Source: an uncultured Clostridia bacterium
GTDB lineage: Bacteria; Bacillota; Clostridia; TANB77; CAG-508
Reading direction: 5' to 3'
Length of the DNA stretch: 64,000 nt
Assembly: GCA_947591045.1 (NCBI GenBank)
Contig: CANQCV010000001.1
Span: forward strand, 20,556-84,555
Shown here: one piece after another, positions 47,751 to 58,219 of the stretch
Numbering within the stretch: the first letter of the stretch is position 1
Layout of the letters: each line of letters opens with the position of its first letter
Position numbers and translations under genes: made by a program
The notes under the pieces: generated by a model
Databases searched by the model: none
The model's input: the letters and a program-made list of their open reading frames with translations, nothing else
Told to the model about the DNA's origin: nothing

Positions 47751-47924
47751 ATGACAAGCAAAGAGCTTTTATATGTTGAAGATGCCTTAGGACATGAAAA
47801 ATTCATGCAATCATGTAGCAAAAAAGCATCTGGTCAACTAACAGATGCAACTTTATCTACTTACATGGCAGAATTAGAGCAAAAACATACAGAATTATTA
47901 AACAAATTTTTAAATCTATTATAG
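47751..47924 (+). CDS. small helical protein, probable partner of the CotF-like gene
   Basis: ATG 47751 follows GGTGGTG. 57 aa, and its stop lies 10 nt before the next start. Confidence 0.45.
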   Translation: MTSKELLYVEDALGHEKFMQSCSKKASGQLTDATLSTYMAELEQKHTELLNKFLNLL

Positions 47925-47934
47925 GAGGTTATTT

Positions 47935-48180
47935 ATGGAAGACAAAGATATAATGGAAAAAGAACTACTAATAATAAAAGGTGTATGTGATTTATACCTT
48001 CATGGAACAATAGAGTCAACAACAGCAGAAGTACACTCTGCTTTTAAAGACGCTCTAAATGAGTCTTTGAACATTCAAAACAAAATATATAACTTAATGA
48101 GTGAAAAAGGATGGTACAAAACAGAAACAGCAGAGCAAGCCAAAATTGATGCATTAAAACAAAAATTTTCTGCAAACTAA
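47935..48180 (+). CDS. spore coat protein F (Coat_F domain)-like
   Basis: 81 aa with Coat_F-like pattern ...LIIKGVCDLYLHGTIESTTAEVHSAFKDALNESL...MSEKGWY. Confidence 0.6.
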   Translation: MEDKDIMEKELLIIKGVCDLYLHGTIESTTAEVHSAFKDALNESLNIQNKIYNLMSEKGWYKTETAEQAKIDALKQKFSAN

Positions 48181-48271
48181 AAATATAATTTTTGACAATT
48201 GTCATTTAGCACAAAGTCCCACCAGTTTTTCTAGTGGGACTTAAATTTGTACATAACAAAAAGAATATGGT

Positions 48272-49756
48272 TTATTGATTTATATAAAGCACGACACGGA
48301 ACCCAATGCCGATGTAGGTGTCAGTCACCGCATTTGTGCCACTGCGAGAGGAAACAGGATAGTAGGTGCCGTCGACGTTAAAGCCACCCCCACGAAGAAC
48401 CGCGTACTTCGTACCGGTTGCTGTGTTTGCATCTGTTGTGCTATGGCGACCTGTCTCTGTTGTCCACTCCCACATATTTCCCGCCATATCATATATATTC
48501 TTTAGCATAAAGTTGCTTACTGAACCTGTTGCTAATTCTACTATTTTTGATAATGTATGTGTTGTTGTGTTATAACTACTACCATTTGTATAATCTGCTG
48601 AATTATATTTTAGTCTTTCTTCTTTGTCTGTTAATTCTTCTATTCCTAATTTTGGTTGTCCCTTTTTATATTTATTTGCTACTACCCATGCTGTTGCTTT
48701 ACTGTCAGCTTTTTTGGTTGACCATACATGTTGGGCATATAATACATCTTCTGCTAATTGTGTTGAATTATTAGTATAATTTCCATAGTTACTACTTTCT
48801 GATGCTATATTTGTGTATTTTTCACCTAACCAATCCACCGTTCTGTCCCATGCCCATCCATCTATTAACTGACTTGTTACATCATAGCTACTCTCTGCTC
48901 CACTATACATATTGCTTGATACTGTTACTGCATTTGTTTGGCTTATATAATTCCATGCTTGCATGCCTTGCTTACTTACTGGTTTTAATTTTATTCCATT
49001 TTCTTGCGATACATTTTTTGATTTATTTCCATTACTAGCATCTGCCGTATAATATGTCATTTTTTCTTTATTACTTTCATTATTTACAGAAAATGATGCA
49101 TTATCTGGTATTCCTGCCTCATATCTTCCTACATAAAATCCCCCATTATTTTTTACACTTTCTGCATTTCCTCCTTCTTCCGTCCAATCTGTATATTGTC
49201 TATATGACTGTGTTTTCCATGGGTTAGTACTATCTCCACTATCTGTTGTTGATCCTTTTGTATCGTCTACATTTGGAGTTTTATACACATGTTTCTTATA
49301 TTGCTCCTCTGTACATGGTACCCATACAAATTGGTTACCTTGTTTATCTTCTATTACTATTCCGTCATTTACTTTTGTTCCTAAATCTGTCCTTACAAAA
49401 AAGCCCCTTGGCACTACTATTCTATTTCCATATACATCTTCCGCATCTACTGTACTTTCTAATACTACATTTGAACTTCCTCCACCCAATGTATCTACTA
49501 ATGGTAGCCCATGTGGTCCTACTCCTGTTTCTTTCATCATTTCTTCTAGCATTGTATTTAGACCTTCTACTTCTTTTTTACTGCTTTCTTCATATGCATC
49601 TCTTGCTTGCTCTGCTTTTTTTATCAAGCCATTTTCTCCTACTACCATATTTATACTTACTGTGGCTAGTATTATTAGCACAATTATGGTTACAACAAGG
49701 GCAATTAGCGTTATTCCTCTTTCTTTTCTTTCTGTCATTTGTTTTCTTCCTTTCAT
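48272..49756 (-). CDS. prepilin-like N-terminal anchor fused to an FGE-sulfatase (C-type-lectin-fold) domain protein, paralog 2
   Basis: Start taken at MKGRKQMTERKERGITLIALVV (SD AAAGGAGG). The track start 49834 runs through the leader. The C-terminal motifs are DMAGNMWEWTT, LRGGGF and IGFRVVLY. The first ~150 aa are nearly identical to paralog 1. Confidence 0.75.
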   Translation of the reverse strand: MKGRKQMTERKERGITLIALVVTIIVLIILATVSINMVVGENGLIKKAEQARDAYEESSKKEVEGLNTMLEEMMKETGVGPHGLPLVDTLGGGSSNVVLESTVDAEDVYGNRIVVPRGFFVRTDLGTKVNDGIVIEDKQGNQFVWVPCTEEQYKKHVYKTPNVDDTKGSTTDSGDSTNPWKTQSYRQYTDWTEEGGNAESVKNNGGFYVGRYEAGIPDNASFSVNNESNKEKMTYYTADASNGNKSKNVSQENGIKLKPVSKQGMQAWNYISQTNAVTVSSNMYSGAESSYDVTSQLIDGWAWDRTVDWLGEKYTNIASESSNYGNYTNNSTQLAEDVLYAQHVWSTKKADSKATAWVVANKYKKGQPKLGIEELTDKEERLKYNSADYTNGSSYNTTTHTLSKIVELATGSVSNFMLKNIYDMAGNMWEWTTETGRHSTTDANTATGTKYAVLRGGGFNVDGTYYPVSSRSGTNAVTDTYIGIGFRVVLYINQ

Positions 49757-49787
49757 TTTTATTTTTCCTCCTTTATATAAAAAACAC

Positions 49788-49811
49788 GCAAAAAATACAG
49801 GCTGTTTATTT

Positions 49812-49829
<18 letters not shown>
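49788..49829 (-). terminator. intrinsic terminator / attenuator overlapping the end of leader ORF 2
   Basis: Minus-strand ACAGACTATTTAT-GTAAAA-ATAAACAGCCTGT followed by ATTTTTTG. 11 of 13 positions pair. Confidence 0.5.
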
Positions 49830-49946
<117 letters not shown>

Positions 49947-49967
49947 TTGTAATATTCTCCTTTACCT

Positions 49968-50034
49968 CGGGCGACCGATGGTCGCCCCTACATATATTTT
50001 TGCAATGGTCGTCCCTACATCACTTATTTGTGAT
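49968..50034. repeat. GC-rich palindromic element copy D (perfect), a degenerate half copy E, and an ATCAC-N-GTGAT palindrome
   Basis: CGGGCGACCGATGGTCGCCCCTACA at 49968..49992, CAATGGTCGTCCCTACA at 50003..50019, and ATCACTTATTTGTGAT at 50019..50034. Confidence 0.8.
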
Positions 50035-50075
50035 TGGTAGTCCATGTTTGTGTTTTTCTGTTCTTTTACATTTAC

Positions 50076-50104
50076 AGTATAGCTATATTTTTTCTTTTAG
50101 TCAA
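50076..50104 (-). promoter_or_regulatory. sigma-A type promoter for leader 2
   Basis: Minus-strand TTGACT, a 17-nt spacer, then TATACT. Confidence 0.45.
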
Positions 50105-50120
50105 GTATTTTTCTTCATTT

Positions 50121-51617
50121 TTACTCATTTTCGTTTAGTTCAAAGTAAAACATTACTCCATTTTCTTTATTTATAACACCATATTTATTTTGATAATTGT
50201 TCATAATTGCTTTTACTATAGCAAGTCCTATTCCAGTTCCACCATCTTCTCTATTTCTTGAGCTGTCTACTTTGTAAAATCTCCCCCAGACTCTTTCTAA
50301 ATCTTTCTCTGGTATGTTTTTACCTGTATTTAATACAGATATGCGAATTTTTCCATTTTCTTCAACTTTTTGTAGGTTAATCTCAATTTGCTTTTGTCCA
50401 TTTACTTCTTCACAATGCTTAATTGCATTTGTAAAATAATTTGTTAAAACCTCTTCAATATAAAATTCGTCTGCATAAACATATACCGCTTCTTTTTCAG
50501 AAAAAATAATATCTATTTGCTTTTCTTCTGCCATAACTTTATATTTACGAATAACTTCTGCAATTAATTCTACAATGTTAAATTTTTGATTATTAAAATC
50601 TCTATTTTCATACTCTAATTTCATAAGCTCTAATAATTGCTTTACTAATTTATCCATTTTATTAGACTCGTCTAAAATAACTTCTGCATAGTACTTTCTA
50701 GATTCTTCGTCTGTGTTTACATCTTCTACTAACCCTTCAGCATATCCTTGAATTAATGCTATTGGAGTTTTTAACTCATGAGATACATCAGAGATAAATT
50801 GCTTTCTCATTTCGTCAATCTTTGATTTTTCCTCAATATCTTTTTCTAGCTCTATGTTGTTTTCTCTTAATTGCTTAATTGTTATTTCTAGTTTATCTGA
50901 CATAGTATTTATGCTACATCCTAACTCATTTATTTCGTCTTCTGTATCTGTCGTTTGATATTTTTTACTAAAGTCAAGTTTTGCCATTTTATTTGCAATA
51001 TCATTTAATTGCAAAATAGGAGCCGTAAACTTTTTTGACACATAAGACGCAATAAATGCTGAAATTAAAATAGTAATAACTCCAATAAAAATAAGGGCTC
51101 TGTTAGAAATTTTTACACTTTCTTCTATAGGAACAACTGGAATTCTAATATATAGACTATATCCATTATATAGACTTCCAGTTAGTAGAATATAGTTCAT
51201 ATTATTAGTTTTATCTTCTACTCTTGTAATTACCATATTATTATCTTTGTAAAGAACATTATTTCCATTTTTATCTATATCCTCTATATCACGAAACTGA
51301 TTTAAAACATTAAAAAAGTCTTTGTCTGTACTAAAAATATACACATTGTCTTCAGTTCTAATATATATGTCAAAATTATTATTAAAAGCAATTCGTTTTA
51401 ATTCCTTTTCAATATTAGCCCCGTCATTATATTGATAATATTGATTAATTCTTTGGTAGACTTGTTTTACGGTTTTTGTTTTAGAATAAATATAGAATGT
51501 TTCCAAAACAATGTTATTTGCTAAAATTAGGCATAGTACAATAATAGTAATAACAATACACATTGTAGAAAATAGCTTAAATTGAACTGACTTTATCTTT
51601 TCTTTAAAGTTTTTCAT
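50121..51617 (-). CDS. sensor histidine kinase (two TM, HAMP, HisKA, HATPase_c)
   Basis: H-box SHELKTPIALIQGY, an N-box and the G-box GGTGIGLAIVK. 498 aa. Confidence 0.85.
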   Translation of the reverse strand: MKNFKEKIKSVQFKLFSTMCIVITIIVLCLILANNIVLETFYIYSKTKTVKQVYQRINQYYQYNDGANIEKELKRIAFNNNFDIYIRTEDNVYIFSTDKDFFNVLNQFRDIEDIDKNGNNVLYKDNNMVITRVEDKTNNMNYILLTGSLYNGYSLYIRIPVVPIEESVKISNRALIFIGVITILISAFIASYVSKKFTAPILQLNDIANKMAKLDFSKKYQTTDTEDEINELGCSINTMSDKLEITIKQLRENNIELEKDIEEKSKIDEMRKQFISDVSHELKTPIALIQGYAEGLVEDVNTDEESRKYYAEVILDESNKMDKLVKQLLELMKLEYENRDFNNQKFNIVELIAEVIRKYKVMAEEKQIDIIFSEKEAVYVYADEFYIEEVLTNYFTNAIKHCEEVNGQKQIEINLQKVEENGKIRISVLNTGKNIPEKDLERVWGRFYKVDSSRNREDGGTGIGLAIVKAIMNNYQNKYGVINKENGVMFYFELNENE

Positions 51618-51642
51618 TTTTTATTTCTTTTTTCCCTTCTAC

Positions 51643-52323
51643 TTATTTTATTTCAAATTTATATCCTACACCTCTCATTGTTTCGATATATCTTCCTTTT
51701 TTGCCTAGTTTGTGTCTAATCTTTTTTATATGACTATCAATAGTTCTAGAGTCTCCATAATAGTCATAATTCCATACATTATTTAGAATTTTATCTCTTG
51801 ATAAAGCTATGTTTTCATTATCCACTAAATATTTTAAAAGTTCATATTCTCTTAGGCTCATTTCAACTTTTTTTCCATCTACTGTTACGGTTCTTCCCTC
51901 TTGGTCTATAACAATTCCGCCATAATCTTTTGACTTTTTTGTATCATCACCCATAGTTCTTTTTAGAATTGCCTCTACTCTAGCAACTAAAATTTTAGGA
52001 CTAAATGGTTTTGATATATATTCATCTACCCCAAGTTCAAATCCAAATAGTTCGTCTTGTTCTTCTCCTCTTGCTGTTAACATGATAATTGGCACTTTAG
52101 AAGTTTGTCGTATTTGTCTTAAAACAGACCAACCATCAAGTTTTGGCATCATAACATCTAATAAAATCAAATTAAGATGATTTTCATTTTCTTCAAATAC
52201 CTTTAGAGCCTCTTCTCCATCTCCTGCCTCTAAAATTTTATAGTCCTTTTTAATTAAAAAATCTTTAATTAACTTTCTCATTCTAGATTCGTCATCTACA
52301 ATTAATACTGTAATATCGCTCAT
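51643..52323 (-). CDS. OmpR-family response regulator
   Basis: Start MSDITVLIVDDES, receiver domain with LLDVMMPKLDG, and a winged-helix C-terminus ending in RGVGYKF. Confidence 0.85.
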   Translation of the reverse strand: MSDITVLIVDDESRMRKLIKDFLIKKDYKILEAGDGEEALKVFEENENHLNLILLDVMMPKLDGWSVLRQIRQTSKVPIIMLTARGEEQDELFGFELGVDEYISKPFSPKILVARVEAILKRTMGDDTKKSKDYGGIVIDQEGRTVTVDGKKVEMSLREYELLKYLVDNENIALSRDKILNNVWNYDYYGDSRTIDSHIKKIRHKLGKKGRYIETMRGVGYKFEIK

Positions 52324-52401
52324 ATCAAAAACATCCTTTCTTAACAAAGATAATATACTACAAAAATATGTCCAAAATATGAACAAATTGAAAATATTCA
52401 A

Positions 52402-53064
52402 TTAAGATAATTTTGCAATAGCTCCTTTTATTTTTATTCCTTGTTCAGAAAACATTTTTTCATGCTCTGTTTCAATATTTTCCCAAAAATCTGTCTCTTT
52501 TTCTAAATCATATGTACATTTTTCTATAGTAAAGCCTGTTTGTTTAAAATAATTAAGGCTTTCTGTAAATAAAGCATCATCATCTGTTTTAAAATAAATT
52601 TCTCCGCTAGCAGCTAAAAATTCTTTGTACTTTTCTAGTTGCCTTGTGTGTGTTAGGCGTTTTTTCTTATGCTTACCTCTTGGCCATGGGTTACAAAAAT
52701 TGATATATATTCTTTGTACATTATCTTCTTTTGCAAATATATTTAATATTCGTTCAATATCATATCTAGTTAAATATACATTATCTATCTGTTTTGATTC
52801 TTGTTTAAAAACATCTTCAATTTTTCTTTTTGCTACCCCTAACATAGCATCTACCAAATCAATTGCAACATAATTTATATTAGAATTTTTTACAGAAATT
52901 TGAGAAATAAACCCTCCTTTTCCACAGCCTAGTTCAATATGTAATGGGTTTTCGGGATGTTCAAAAGCATTTTTCCACTTTCCTTTATATTCTTCTGGAT
53001 TATCTATATAAAATTTACTCGATTCTAATTCTGGCCTTGCCCATGGTTTATATCTAATTCGCAT
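52402..53064 (-). CDS. trmB: tRNA (guanine-N7)-methyltransferase
   Basis: 220 aa with HIELGCGKGGF and FCNPWP motifs. Confidence 0.8.
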   Translation of the reverse strand: MRIRYKPWARPELESSKFYIDNPEEYKGKWKNAFEHPENPLHIELGCGKGGFISQISVKNSNINYVAIDLVDAMLGVAKRKIEDVFKQESKQIDNVYLTRYDIERILNIFAKEDNVQRIYINFCNPWPRGKHKKKRLTHTRQLEKYKEFLAASGEIYFKTDDDALFTESLNYFKQTGFTIEKCTYDLEKETDFWENIETEHEKMFSEQGIKIKGAIAKLS

Positions 53065-53170
53065 TGTCTTAAAATCTCCTTAAGTTTGTTATTGTAGCAT
53101 ATATTATACTATGAAAAGACTTTGTTATCAATATTTTAATTTATAAATTTAAAGATGTTTTTTTTACATA

Positions 53171-53203
53171 ACAAAAAGAGATGCAGTGCATCTCTCTTTG
53201 TTT
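53171..53203 (-). terminator. intrinsic terminator after the hydrolase gene
   Basis: AGAGATGC-agt-GCATCTCT flanked by A/T runs on both sides. Confidence 0.55.
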
Positions 53204-53216
53204 TCAAGTGGTAGGT

Positions 53217-54050
53217 TTAGCCCAAGCAGAAATATTCTCCGAGTATCACTTCATAATTCTCGTATCCGCGTGCCTTGCGAGACTGAAAGATTAAATTAGA
53301 AGGTCCTATCGGTCCATCTCTCAATAAGTCTTCAGCCCATTCGTAGATTTCTTCAGGAACTTCAACTCGTCCTATACGACTTTTGGTTTTTTCACTATAC
53401 TGTCCTTCATCAAAAACCACACCCTTAATCGTATTAGGATATCTGCTGTCGTTCATTCTATGGAGAACTACGCTGCCTGCCAGCTTGCATCCATATTCTG
53501 CCTCATCTAATGGCAAACGCTTTATGAAGCTACCGCCTACTTCGAGATAGATAACATCCGCTAGGAAACTAACTTCCTCTTGAGTATAGCCGTTGTCTTC
53601 AGTGACTTCTTCCGGAATCTGATAAACTATCATGTCTTCAGAAAAGGATTCCTCTTCTACAGTAACTTCATCTACAGAGTCAACCTCAATAGTTTCGGTT
53701 TCCATCAAAGATTCTTCTTTTCTTTCTTGGGAAGAAGTTACATCCAGTTCCATGGGTTTTACTTCTGGTAGTATGATAGGCTTTAGTTCTCGAACACACT
53801 CTTGTTGTTCTTGTTGTTCATTTTGGTAGATTTCCACAGGCTCCACCTCTTGAACTTGCTCACAATGGTTCTGCTCAGCAAAGATTACCATAACAGGTAC
53901 AAATGAATGGTTTGTATTCTTAACAATGCTGCCTACTACTAGTAGCAAAGCAAGCATCGTAAAAGAAAACACTTTCATCATTCGGATATTGAGGTTCTTA
54001 CGCCTCTGCTTCCGTCTCTGCATCCTAGTCAAGTTTTCCTGTTGCATCAT
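53217..54050 (-). CDS. cell wall hydrolase, SleB/CwlJ (Hydrolase_2) family, with acidic Glu/Gln-rich linker
   Basis: N-terminal anchor and acidic linker. The C-terminal domain has FLADVIYLEVGG...VVLHRMNDSRYPNTIKGVVFDEGQYS. G+C is visibly higher than in the neighbours. Confidence 0.6.
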   Translation of the reverse strand: MMQQENLTRMQRRKQRRKNLNIRMMKVFSFTMLALLLVVGSIVKNTNHSFVPVMVIFAEQNHCEQVQEVEPVEIYQNEQQEQQECVRELKPIILPEVKPMELDVTSSQERKEESLMETETIEVDSVDEVTVEEESFSEDMIVYQIPEEVTEDNGYTQEEVSFLADVIYLEVGGSFIKRLPLDEAEYGCKLAGSVVLHRMNDSRYPNTIKGVVFDEGQYSEKTKSRIGRVEVPEEIYEWAEDLLRDGPIGPSNLIFQSRKARGYENYEVILGEYFCLG

Positions 54051-54156
54051 TGGTCTTGCTTACCTCCAATTACTAAATATAGTATTTTTGAATTTTCTTA
54101 CGAAAGTTCATACTTTATTATACCATACTTTGCCATATTTTTCAAATTTGTGCTCT

Positions 54157-55236
54157 TTAATCTCTTACATATTCATTCATTGGTTTTATTAAATATTTAA
54201 GTTCGTCTAATTTATCTGTTGAAACATATCCAGGTTTACTATTTATAACATCTGGTATTCTATTTACTATAGTTGCACAAGTAAGTTCTACTGTTGCAGG
54301 CCTTGCTACTACGATTGTTGTATCTGGCTCTCCTTCTATTGTCCACTCGTTCTTATCATAATCTTCTTTTGAATATACTTTTCCAATACATTCAGACTCA
54401 ATTGTAATTCCCTCTTTCGTCTGTGTTGTAACAACTGCGCTCATTCCAGTAGCATCTCCTGATTTTATTGTCATTCCAAGAGTTTCTGAATCAATGTCTT
54501 CTTTATATGTTTGAGGTACACATTTTTGAGTTTGATTAATTGGTGTTAAACCTAATTTTGAACACAACCATCCATTTACATTCCACATATAAGATGGTAA
54601 ATAATTGCCCTCATTTATAATATGTTGTCTTTCTGCATCTGTAATTTTATCTACTGATGCAATCTCATCTTCAAATTGCTGTAATGTTAAGCCTGCTCCA
54701 TGTGCTTTTGCAAGTGCAATTCCATAATCTTCTACATTGTATGAAGAGCTACCTTTAATTCTTCTAATTTTTTGTGTAGAACCTGCAATTGCTGAAATTA
54801 GTTCTCCCCAATAAACATCTTGATATCCACTTCCAGTAATCGTACATCCATTTTTCTTTGCCAAATCATCTATTTCATCTGCTAATCTTGGATTCGAATT
54901 AAATGGGAAAAATGCCTCTTCACAAGTTGAAATTGCATTAATTCCAAGTTTAGCACATAATAAAAACGCATCTTTAATATCCTTTAATAAGCTCATAGTT
55001 GTTACAATTACAATGTCTGGTTTTACACTTTTTAGCATGCTTTCTGCATCATTTGCATCTGTTATTTTAACTCCTTTATTTTCTGTTCCCATTATTTCTC
55101 CTATGTCTTTTCCAATGACATTTGGATTTACATCTACTGCTCCAACAATTTCTCCTCCTTTTTCATAAACATAACGCATAGTATATACTGACATCTTTCC
55201 TGTACCATATTGTACAACTCGTACTTTTCTATCCAT
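54157..55236 (-). CDS. NAD(P)-dependent oxidoreductase, DapB-N-terminal-like (amine dehydrogenase family)
   Basis: N-terminal Rossmann VRVVQYGTGKMS. 359 aa. The family call is tentative. Confidence 0.45.
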   Translation of the reverse strand: MDRKVRVVQYGTGKMSVYTMRYVYEKGGEIVGAVDVNPNVIGKDIGEIMGTENKGVKITDANDAESMLKSVKPDIVIVTTMSLLKDIKDAFLLCAKLGINAISTCEEAFFPFNSNPRLADEIDDLAKKNGCTITGSGYQDVYWGELISAIAGSTQKIRRIKGSSSYNVEDYGIALAKAHGAGLTLQQFEDEIASVDKITDAERQHIINEGNYLPSYMWNVNGWLCSKLGLTPINQTQKCVPQTYKEDIDSETLGMTIKSGDATGMSAVVTTQTKEGITIESECIGKVYSKEDYDKNEWTIEGEPDTTIVVARPATVELTCATIVNRIPDVINSKPGYVSTDKLDELKYLIKPMNEYVRD

Positions 55237-55337
55237 ATTTATATCCTCCTTTTCACAAATAAATAAAATTATTTGTACTTTTGTATAGATTATACACTAA
55301 AAAAAATACTTTATACAATATTTATATAAAGTATTTT

Positions 55338-56015
55338 TTAATGATTAAATAAACTTTTAAATGTATCAACAACAGCTGATACTAGTCCTATTGCAATATC
55401 AGCTAATATTTGAACTGCTTTATTTTCTTCATAAAGATTTAACATGATATCATGTGTTGGTGGTATAACCCATAAAATTCCTATAGTAGCTATGAATATA
55501 ATAATTGCTAAAAATAATTTTTTTGTTTTCTTCCAAGTCCATTTTTCTTTTATTTTATATCCTAAACTTCTTAAATAATTATAATAAGCATTTTGATATT
55601 GTTCCTGCATTTGTTTTTCCATTTGCTGACTTTTTCTTTGAAGTTCAGCTTCATACTTTCTTCTTTGCATATCACGATATCTTCGCTCTTGCTCTATTTC
55701 TTGGGCTGACATAGTATTTTGATTTTGCTTATAATAATTTTCAGAATAGCTAGCTTGTCCATTTTGAGTATTTGTATAATTATTTTTCTCTTCCCTTTTA
55801 CTTAATAGACTTTGATCATACTCTTTTCTTTTTACATCATCACTTAAAACCTCATATGCTTGGTTTATTTGTCTCATTTTAATTTCTGCATTTTTCTTGT
55901 TTTCTTCTGTTTGTAAATCAGGATGATATTTTTTAGCTAACACTCTATATGCTTTATCTATTACTTCTTTAGACGCATTCTCGCTTACTTCTAGTATTTC
56001 ATATAGTGTACTCAT
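55338..56015 (-). CDS. J-domain protein with C-terminal TM segment
   Basis: [34 protein letters not shown] carries the HPD motif. It is followed by a Gln-rich linker and a TM helix. Confidence 0.75.
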   Translation of the reverse strand: MSTLYEILEVSENASKEVIDKAYRVLAKKYHPDLQTEENKKNAEIKMRQINQAYEVLSDDVKRKEYDQSLLSKREEKNNYTNTQNGQASYSENYYKQNQNTMSAQEIEQERRYRDMQRRKYEAELQRKSQQMEKQMQEQYQNAYYNYLRSLGYKIKEKWTWKKTKKLFLAIIIFIATIGILWVIPPTHDIMLNLYEENKAVQILADIAIGLVSAVVDTFKSLFNH

Positions 56016-56131
56016 GATTTCTCCCTATAACAAAATTATTATATTAATTATTATATCATTAAACTTATAAAAAATATAGTATTTTATATCATTTTATGAT
56101 ATAATTCATATGATTTTAAATTTATAGGAGT

Positions 56132-56728
56132 GTGAAAAAGTTGAAACTTACATCAGATAGTGAGACATTAGCAGAAAATAAGGTATTAATTCTTTATATT
56201 TTGTATCATTTAAATGATGCTATAACTAATAATAACTTGTATCAGATTGTTATAGATGTAGACAATATGAACTATTTTTATTTTCAACAGTTTTTATTAG
56301 ATTTAGTAGATAATAACTATGTAATGCGCTATGAACAAGAAAAAAATACTCTTTATAAAATTACTGATAGAGGGAAGCAAACTTTGGAGTTAACAGAAGA
56401 TATCTTGCCTGGCATTATAAAATTAAAAATAGATACTAATTTAGCAAGTACACTAGAAGAAGTTAGTGACGAAAATTCTATTATTGCAGAATATACTCCT
56501 AAAAATGAAAATTACTATAACATAACTTGCAAAATTGTAGAAAAGAATGAAACAATTTTTGAAATTAAAACTTTTGCTGGCTCACGAGAACAAGCAAAAC
56601 AAATCGTAGATAACTGGAAAGCATGTGCAAATCAAATTTATCCAAAATTAATAGAAACATTAACTAAAGACTATTTAGGACAACATACAGACACAGATGT
56701 AAATGATTTAAATGTAAATAAAAAATAA
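56132..56728 (+). CDS. DUF4364-like winged-helix protein
   Basis: 198 aa. The N-terminus ENKVLILYILYHLNDAITNNNLYQIV resembles the DUF4364/PadR-like family common in Clostridia. Confidence 0.45.
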   Translation: MKKLKLTSDSETLAENKVLILYILYHLNDAITNNNLYQIVIDVDNMNYFYFQQFLLDLVDNNYVMRYEQEKNTLYKITDRGKQTLELTEDILPGIIKLKIDTNLASTLEEVSDENSIIAEYTPKNENYYNITCKIVEKNETIFEIKTFAGSREQAKQIVDNWKACANQIYPKLIETLTKDYLGQHTDTDVNDLNVNKK

Positions 56729-56766
56729 AAGGGAAATTATAAACAATTTCCCTTTTATTTTTTATT

Positions 56767-58206
56767 TTAGTATTGTCTTCCCCAAACCACCATTGTATTT
56801 GCTGGTTTTCCACAACATACACAAGTATCTGATATATGTTCTTTTTCAAATGGTATACATCTTGATTTTGCACCTGTAAGCTCATGTATTTTTTCTTCAC
56901 ATTCTGCAGAGCCACACCACATTGTTTTTACATATCCTTGATTTTCTTCAAGATTTTTAGTAAATTCCTCCATATTTGTAGCAATTGTTGTTTTTTGGCT
57001 TACTCTCTTTCTACATTCCTCATACATATTTTTTTGTATGTCATCTAAAATATCTTGTAATTTTACTTCTAAATCAGAAATCAAAACATCTATTTTTTCA
57101 AATGTATCACGCCTTACTACAACACACTTTCCCTCTTCTATATCTCGTGGTCCAAGTTCAATTCTTACTGGAACTCCTTTCATTTCCCAATCATTAAACT
57201 TATATCCTGGTGAATATTGTTCTCTTTCATCAAGTTCCATTCTATATTTTTTTGATAAGTTTTTGTATATTTCTTCTGCCTTTTCTTTTACACCCTCTTT
57301 ATGCATTGCTATTGGAACAATAACAGCCTGTATTGGTGCTACATATGGTGGTAATTTTAGTCCCCTATTATCTCCATGTGCCATAATAACTGCACCTATT
57401 AATCTTGTGCTACAGCCCCAAGAAGTTTGATAAGCATACTCTTCTTTTCCGTCTCTGTTTTGAAATTTAATATCAAATGGCTTTGTAAAATTTTGTCCAA
57501 AATAGTGTGTTGTTCCTGCTTGTAAAGCTCTTCCATCATGCATTAAAGTTTCTACTGTATATGTGTCTTCTGCACCTGCAAATTTTTCTGTAGGTGTTTT
57601 TCTTCCTTTCAATACTGGAATAGCAAGTAAATTTTCAATAACATCTGCGTAAACATCTAATATTTCTAATGTATATTTTTGTGCCTCTTCTGCTGTTTCG
57701 TGAATAGTATGTCCTTCTTGCCACAAAAACTCTCTTGAACGCAAAAATGGCCTTGTTTCTTTTTCCCATCTTAATACATTACACCATTGATTGTATATGT
57801 ATGGTAAATCTCTCCATGAGCTTAACCATTTAGAATACATTGTTGAAAATATTGTTTCAGAAGTAGGCCTTATACATAATCTTTCTTCTAATTCTTCTCC
57901 ACCGCCTACTGTTACCCATGCTACTTCTGGTGCAAAGCCCTCTACATGATCTTTCTCTTTATTTAATAAGCTCTCTGGAATTAGAACTGGCATAGATATA
58001 TTTTTTACTCCATGCTCCTTAAATTTATTATCTACATATTTTTGAATATTTTCCCATATTGCATATCCATAAGGACGAATCGCAATAAAGCCTTTTACAT
58101 CTGTATAATCTGCAAGTTCTGCCTTTAATACAATATCTGTATACCATTTTGCAAAATCTTCTTCTATATTTGTAATTTCTTTTACAAAATCTTTATTTTC
58201 TCCCAT
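56767..58206 (-). CDS. proS: proline--tRNA ligase (archaeal/eukaryote-like type)
   Basis: 479 aa with class II motifs ([20 protein letters not shown]) and the C-terminal Zn-binding tail CGKPA...WGRQY. Confidence 0.9.
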   Translation of the reverse strand: MGENKDFVKEITNIEEDFAKWYTDIVLKAELADYTDVKGFIAIRPYGYAIWENIQKYVDNKFKEHGVKNISMPVLIPESLLNKEKDHVEGFAPEVAWVTVGGGEELEERLCIRPTSETIFSTMYSKWLSSWRDLPYIYNQWCNVLRWEKETRPFLRSREFLWQEGHTIHETAEEAQKYTLEILDVYADVIENLLAIPVLKGRKTPTEKFAGAEDTYTVETLMHDGRALQAGTTHYFGQNFTKPFDIKFQNRDGKEEYAYQTSWGCSTRLIGAVIMAHGDNRGLKLPPYVAPIQAVIVPIAMHKEGVKEKAEEIYKNLSKKYRMELDEREQYSPGYKFNDWEMKGVPVRIELGPRDIEEGKCVVVRRDTFEKIDVLISDLEVKLQDILDDIQKNMYEECRKRVSQKTTIATNMEEFTKNLEENQGYVKTMWCGSAECEEKIHELTGAKSRCIPFEKEHISDTCVCCGKPANTMVVWGRQY

Positions 58207-58219
58207 ATATTATTCCTTT

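Noticed and set aside
48193-48242. The 12-bp palindrome TGACAATTGTCA and hairpin AAGTCCCAC...GTGGGACTT between the cotF-like gene and paralog 2
   Set aside because: This is most simply a shared stem-loop terminator region between convergent genes. The flanking T-runs are weak, so it is not listed as a confident terminator and has no further significance.
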